A stretch of DNA of 63,887 bases, counting the filler, from Olpidium bornovanus S191 (lineage: Eukaryota > Fungi > Olpidiomycota), in NCBI GenBank assembly GCA_017911155.1. It is 32 parts of 32 records of this genome, joined end to end, with 100 filler letters (N's around TTAATTAATTAA, not from the genome) between each part and the next. Parts side by side here need not be neighbours in the genome. Positions count along the whole stretch, not along the records: positions 60,077 to 61,507 come from JAEFCI010004921.1; positions 61,608 to 62,743 come from JAEFCI010004578.1; positions 62,844 to 63,887 come from JAEFCI010009353.1; 29 more parts are not named here. One strand, written 5' to 3'. Of this stretch, positions 60,196-63,887 are shown piece after piece (within the stretch, counting starts at the first letter, position 1; the number at the start of each line of letters is the position of its first letter). Position numbers and translations under genes: made by a program. The notes beneath the pieces were generated by a model, which saw only the letters and a program-made list of their open reading frames with translations, was not told the origin of the DNA and did no database searches.

Positions 60196-61507
60196 TGTAA
60201 ATTCAGATACGAGCTCATAGCCCCCCAGAATAAATATAACACACCGCTCTTCCCAAAAACCAAAACAACAGGTTATGAGCCCAAGGCTCAGCTGACTACC
60301 CGCCAGCGCCGCGCGCCCACCGCCGCGCGCCCGCCACCGCCGCGCGCCCTCCGCCGCGCGCCCGCCACCGCCGCAACCGCCGGACGCGGCTGCCGCCATC
60401 GCTGCGCACCGCCTCCGCGCGCCCGCCACCGCCGCGCGCCCACCGCCGCGCGCGCCATCCCTGTGCGCCGCCTCAGCGCACCCACCTCCCGTGGAACGCG
60501 CCCCCCGTAACGAAAGGAACGCCCGGAAGGACGCAACGACAGCTACGGCAGAAGCCGCAGCGCAAGAGAGACGTGTCAACACCGCGGAAGCTGGTGAAAA
60601 GGAAAGGGAGGTAAGTCACCCTCTCACGTCTCAGCTTTTCGAGGAAGCGCGCGGACGCATGGAGAGGGCGGCGGAAAGGACCCCAGCGCCGGAGGCGCAT
60701 GGCCGCCGACGACCAGAAGGAACCACAGCGCCTGAAGCGCGGGGTGTACTTGAAACAGAACCCAGCCGCAGGGGCAGCAAAGCCGCTACCGACCTGTAAA
60801 CGTGTTTTGAGGCTCTCCTCAAAGAAAAGGACGCAGAAAAGGAAGAGAGGCGCATAATGCACAGTTGGCACAGATGACCGCGCTCCTCAACCGCCTGGCA
60901 ACGGGTCCCGTCCCTGTCAGACGGGAGGACGAGAGGGAGGCGGAGTCGGACGCAGTTTCCGTCGCATCCTCAGCCGGCGCGCATGCGCGCCGACGGGCTA
61001 ACAATTATCCCCGTGAGCAACACCCCCGAATTCTCGTAGGTACGAACGACGAAGTAGCCGAAATAGACGACGGTCGTTCAATCGCAACAAGCACAAGCAC
61101 CTCCACATCGGAAATGTGGATGGTCAAACAGCTGCTCGCCGATGTGCCGAAGTTCGACGGCCATGGCGGCGTCGATAAACTCGAAGCTTTGGTCCTAAAA
61201 TTCGATACGTACGCCCAGCACGCGGCTCACCTCGTAACAGAGAACACGAAGTTGACGCAGGCTGTCGGCAAGCTCGAAGGTCGCGCATTCAAGCTCTGTC
61301 AGAAACAACCAACGATGGTCAAGTGGCCGGAATTACGCAGCGCTCGTAAACGTTTTTACCCGTCTAATTACAAGGAACAAGTGCGCATTAAACTGACAGA
61401 ACTGCATTCTTCGAAATTCTCAAGTCTCGCAACATACACAGACGTGTTTAATGCGCTAATTATGCAGCTGCCCGATGTTGGCGACGACAACAGCATCATT
61501 CTCATGA
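60196..61507 (+). mobile_element. Second LTR retrotransposon 5' end: LTR end (...AACAACA), half-tRNA PBS, GC-repeat leader, gag
   Basis: AACA|GGTTATGAGCCCA at 60271-60283; CCGCCACCGCCGCGCGC repeats at 60300-60470. ORF 60865-61507 reads VKQLLADVPKFDGHGGVDKLEALVLKFDTY...KLEGRAF...WPELR...FYPSNYKEQVRIKLTEL...LATYTDVFNALIMQL, a Ty3-type capsid. Confidence 0.8.
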
Positions 61508-61607
61508 NNNNNNNNNNNNNNNNNNNNNNNNNNNNNNNNNNNNNNNNNNNNTTAATTAATTAANNNNNNNNNNNNNNNNNNNNNNNNNNNNNNNNNNNNN
61601 NNNNNNN

Positions 61608-62743
61608 AACATCGCTGTCCTCACCCACGCTAGCCGCGACCGGATTCCCGGCGCACCCTCGTCTACGCCGTCTGCGCAGGTCGCGTGCGCGCTGGACGTC
61701 TTCCAGGCGAGAGCGAAAGCGAGTCATGTCGATAGCAAGAACGGCATCATCGTTCTCTAGCTCGGTTTCCGCCTGCGTCGCCTGCGACTGTTCGCCAGGC
61801 CCGCTCGCGTCCGCATCCGCCTGCTCTGCCTCCCCGTCATTTTCGGCTTCTCTTAAAAGCGTGTCTTCCTGGATATCTTCCGGCAAAAGGCGTGCAGGTC
61901 CTTCAACTTGTCCGGACTCCTTTGCGTCATCAGCGTTGTCTTCAAGCATGTTCCCGGAAATTTTCACAGCATCCTCGCAGCTTGCCTGTTCCAATAAGTT
62001 GCCACTGGCCTCGGGCCCACCGACACTGTTTCCTCCATCATCAACGCCGCCAAGGCGGTATTTCCGCAGCGCCATGCTCAGCAGAGACTGCGACGACGAG
62101 GCCATTACATTCAAACGAGGCCGTTTCGCAGCCATGCGCAGCTCGGTAGCAAACGGAAGGCGCGCCTGCTTCAGCCTCGAAGGCGGCTGCCCTCGGTGGC
62201 TATCATCAACAGAAGCCGCCGCATCTTGCCGAAACCCAAAATTGCTTAAATGCTTCCTTGACGAGCTCGTCGTAACAGCGGACAAGCTTTCCTTCGCGGA
62301 TGTTGATGCTTGTTCTGCATCGTCCGTAGGCAATGCCGCCCCACCGGAAGCAATATTCGGGCTAGGAGAACGCTCGACAGGGTCTTCCTGGGAGCCGGTG
62401 GAGTTGACGCCTGGGCTCGACTCTCTCGAATCAGCGTGGGCCTCGACTTGATGGTTGTCTCGGACGTGATTTCCAGCCAAAGAGTCGCGCACGGCGTACG
62501 TGGAGCGTGACGGCTCGAACGCTTGTGTGAGGCGTTCCTGCCGCAGTTGATAAGCACAAGCCCGTCCCATCGGTAAGGCCGTTGAGAAAATGAGCCTGTC
62601 AAAATATTGCAAGACCGCTCACCCTGAGGGCCTCCACCAACAGAGGCTCATTGTGCAGGAATATCGTCCGCTTGTCGGGGTTCACGTTAACGTCATATGC
62701 GCCTACCAGGGACCGCCAATTCGCAGGATCTCAGCAGACATGT
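61608..62743 (-). CDS. PMS2: MutL homologue PMS2 (yeast Pms1), transducer end and disordered linker
   Basis: The exon near 62626-62706 reads AYDVNVNPDKRTIFLHNEPLLVEALR, the DVNVTPDKR signature. A long acidic/Ser-rich linker exon follows, ending LAIDMTRFRSRL...AASVGEDSDV just before the expected endonuclease domain. Confidence 0.8.
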
Positions 62744-63887
62744 NNNNNNNNNNNNNNNNNNNNNNNNNNNNNNNNNNNNNNNNNNNNTTAATTAATTAAN
62801 NNNNNNNNNNNNNNNNNNNNNNNNNNNNNNNNNNNNNNNNNNNGCATGCCTTGGTTTTCCGGGGTGGCTATGACTGTGGTGGTCACGTTCCCCTGACCGT
62901 GGACAGACGGCTTCCGCGCCACGCCGAGTGCCGTTTCTACGGCTCCCATTGCCATCAGCGCAGTCTCCCTGCTGTCGATTTACCGGGCGCACAACGTATA
63001 GCTTTTGCGAATGTGCCCGGGCTCAATGCGTTGCTTGATGCGAGGAATGTAAGGGCTGCGCGGGGGAGGGGCTACGTCCCGGCCCGCCGATCGCCCCGCG
63101 CGGAAGACTAGTCAGGAAGACTAACCGGCAGCGCCGTAGACCTTTTCTTGGCTTGATTTTCCCTTGGCGATTTGTCGTGGGATTTTGGCTCTCTGGGTTA
63201 TTTGATCGGGTTTAGCTTCGCTGCCCTGCCCGTTCCTCCCTTCCCCGTACTCCTGCTCCTTTTTCTCCCACCTGCGACCTTCCGCCACCGTTTTTCCCTC
63301 CTTTCCACTTGCCGTTCTGCGGCCATTAATAGAGTTTCGGCACGATTCCGACTCTTGCCGTGGTCACGCCGGCGGGTGTGCGCAGCCGATTGGAAATCCA
63401 GGCCGCAGATCGGCGGGCTGACACAGTTATCTCGCTGCGGGCACCGCTGACGTGACCGGGTTGTATTTGGATATGGTAACGTATATTGCTCCATAGCCCC
63501 TTTTTCGGTCCCCCTTTCCTCGTCCGCAACCCGTTTCAAAACTATAGACAAGTTGTCAAAGGGGTTTTGGATCTCCAAATATGGCTGGGCACAGGGGAAA
63601 AAGTAGCAGCGCGCGTCTAGCCCCGGTTGACGTCATCGCTTCGACGGGGGCACGGCGTTCTCTGCGACAGATAAAAACGAATGTAATCCGGACTGGCGGC
63701 CGCTCGAATCTGAACGAAAGAACGTGGGCGATAAGAGTTGCGGCGCATCTTATCCGCAAATATAGCCGTTCGAGCGGATGGGCCAGGCCCAGGAGGAAGG
63801 CCCACTGGGGGGCCGAGGGGGTGAACGGCAAATATTGGGCGCGCCTAGATTCACTAATGGATTGAAACCGGGCAAACGGCGCATGGA

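Noticed and set aside
1082-62843. Recurrent TTAATTAATTAA motif flanked by Ns as a CRISPR-like or biological repeat
   Set aside because: It is an invariant six-frame-stop linker embedded in N-runs, added when contigs were concatenated.
62844-63887. ORFs in the last contig as a tyrosine recombinase or Fanzor/TnpB
   Set aside because: No RHRY tetrad, RuvC D-E-D motifs or CxxC...RDxNA signature could be read in any frame.

Overview
This window is not a contiguous locus. It is about 32 short eukaryotic contigs (roughly 1-3.7 kb each) joined by 31 artificial N-run/TTAATTAATTAA/N-run linkers, so adjacency across linkers means nothing and ORFs containing X are artefacts. The DNA is GC-rich, has short GT-AG introns and looks fungal (STE7-type MAPKK, SSB-type Hsp70, TPS2, Spa2-like GIT1_C protein). 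It also carries a centriolar LRRCC1/VFL1 orthologue, which points to an early-diverging flagellated (zoosporic) fungus; an Olpidium-like organism is a guess, not shown. Recognisable, mostly partial genes are TSC2, LRRCC1, MCCC1, a probable fimbrin first exon, PDCD7/U11-59K, RPS17, MED22, BUD13, a Spa2-like gene, RBM18, a Rad9/Crb2-like BRCT gene, STE7, SSB, DCTN4, TPS2, an alkaline ceramidase and PMS2. There are also many decayed copia, gypsy and MULE fragments. The most interesting observations are: (1) a minor-spliceosome U11-59K gene; (2) two independent LTR-element 5' ends that pair a half-tRNA-iMet (Ty5/copia-type) primer-binding site with a Ty3/gypsy-type capsid; (3) a hairpin-bearing ~110-bp repeat family that builds a 1.55-kb foldback-like element; (4) intronless orphan secreted or repeat proteins that are effector candidates; and (5) a Bianca-like copia integrase remnant. 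All protein assignments come from recalled family motifs, not database searches.
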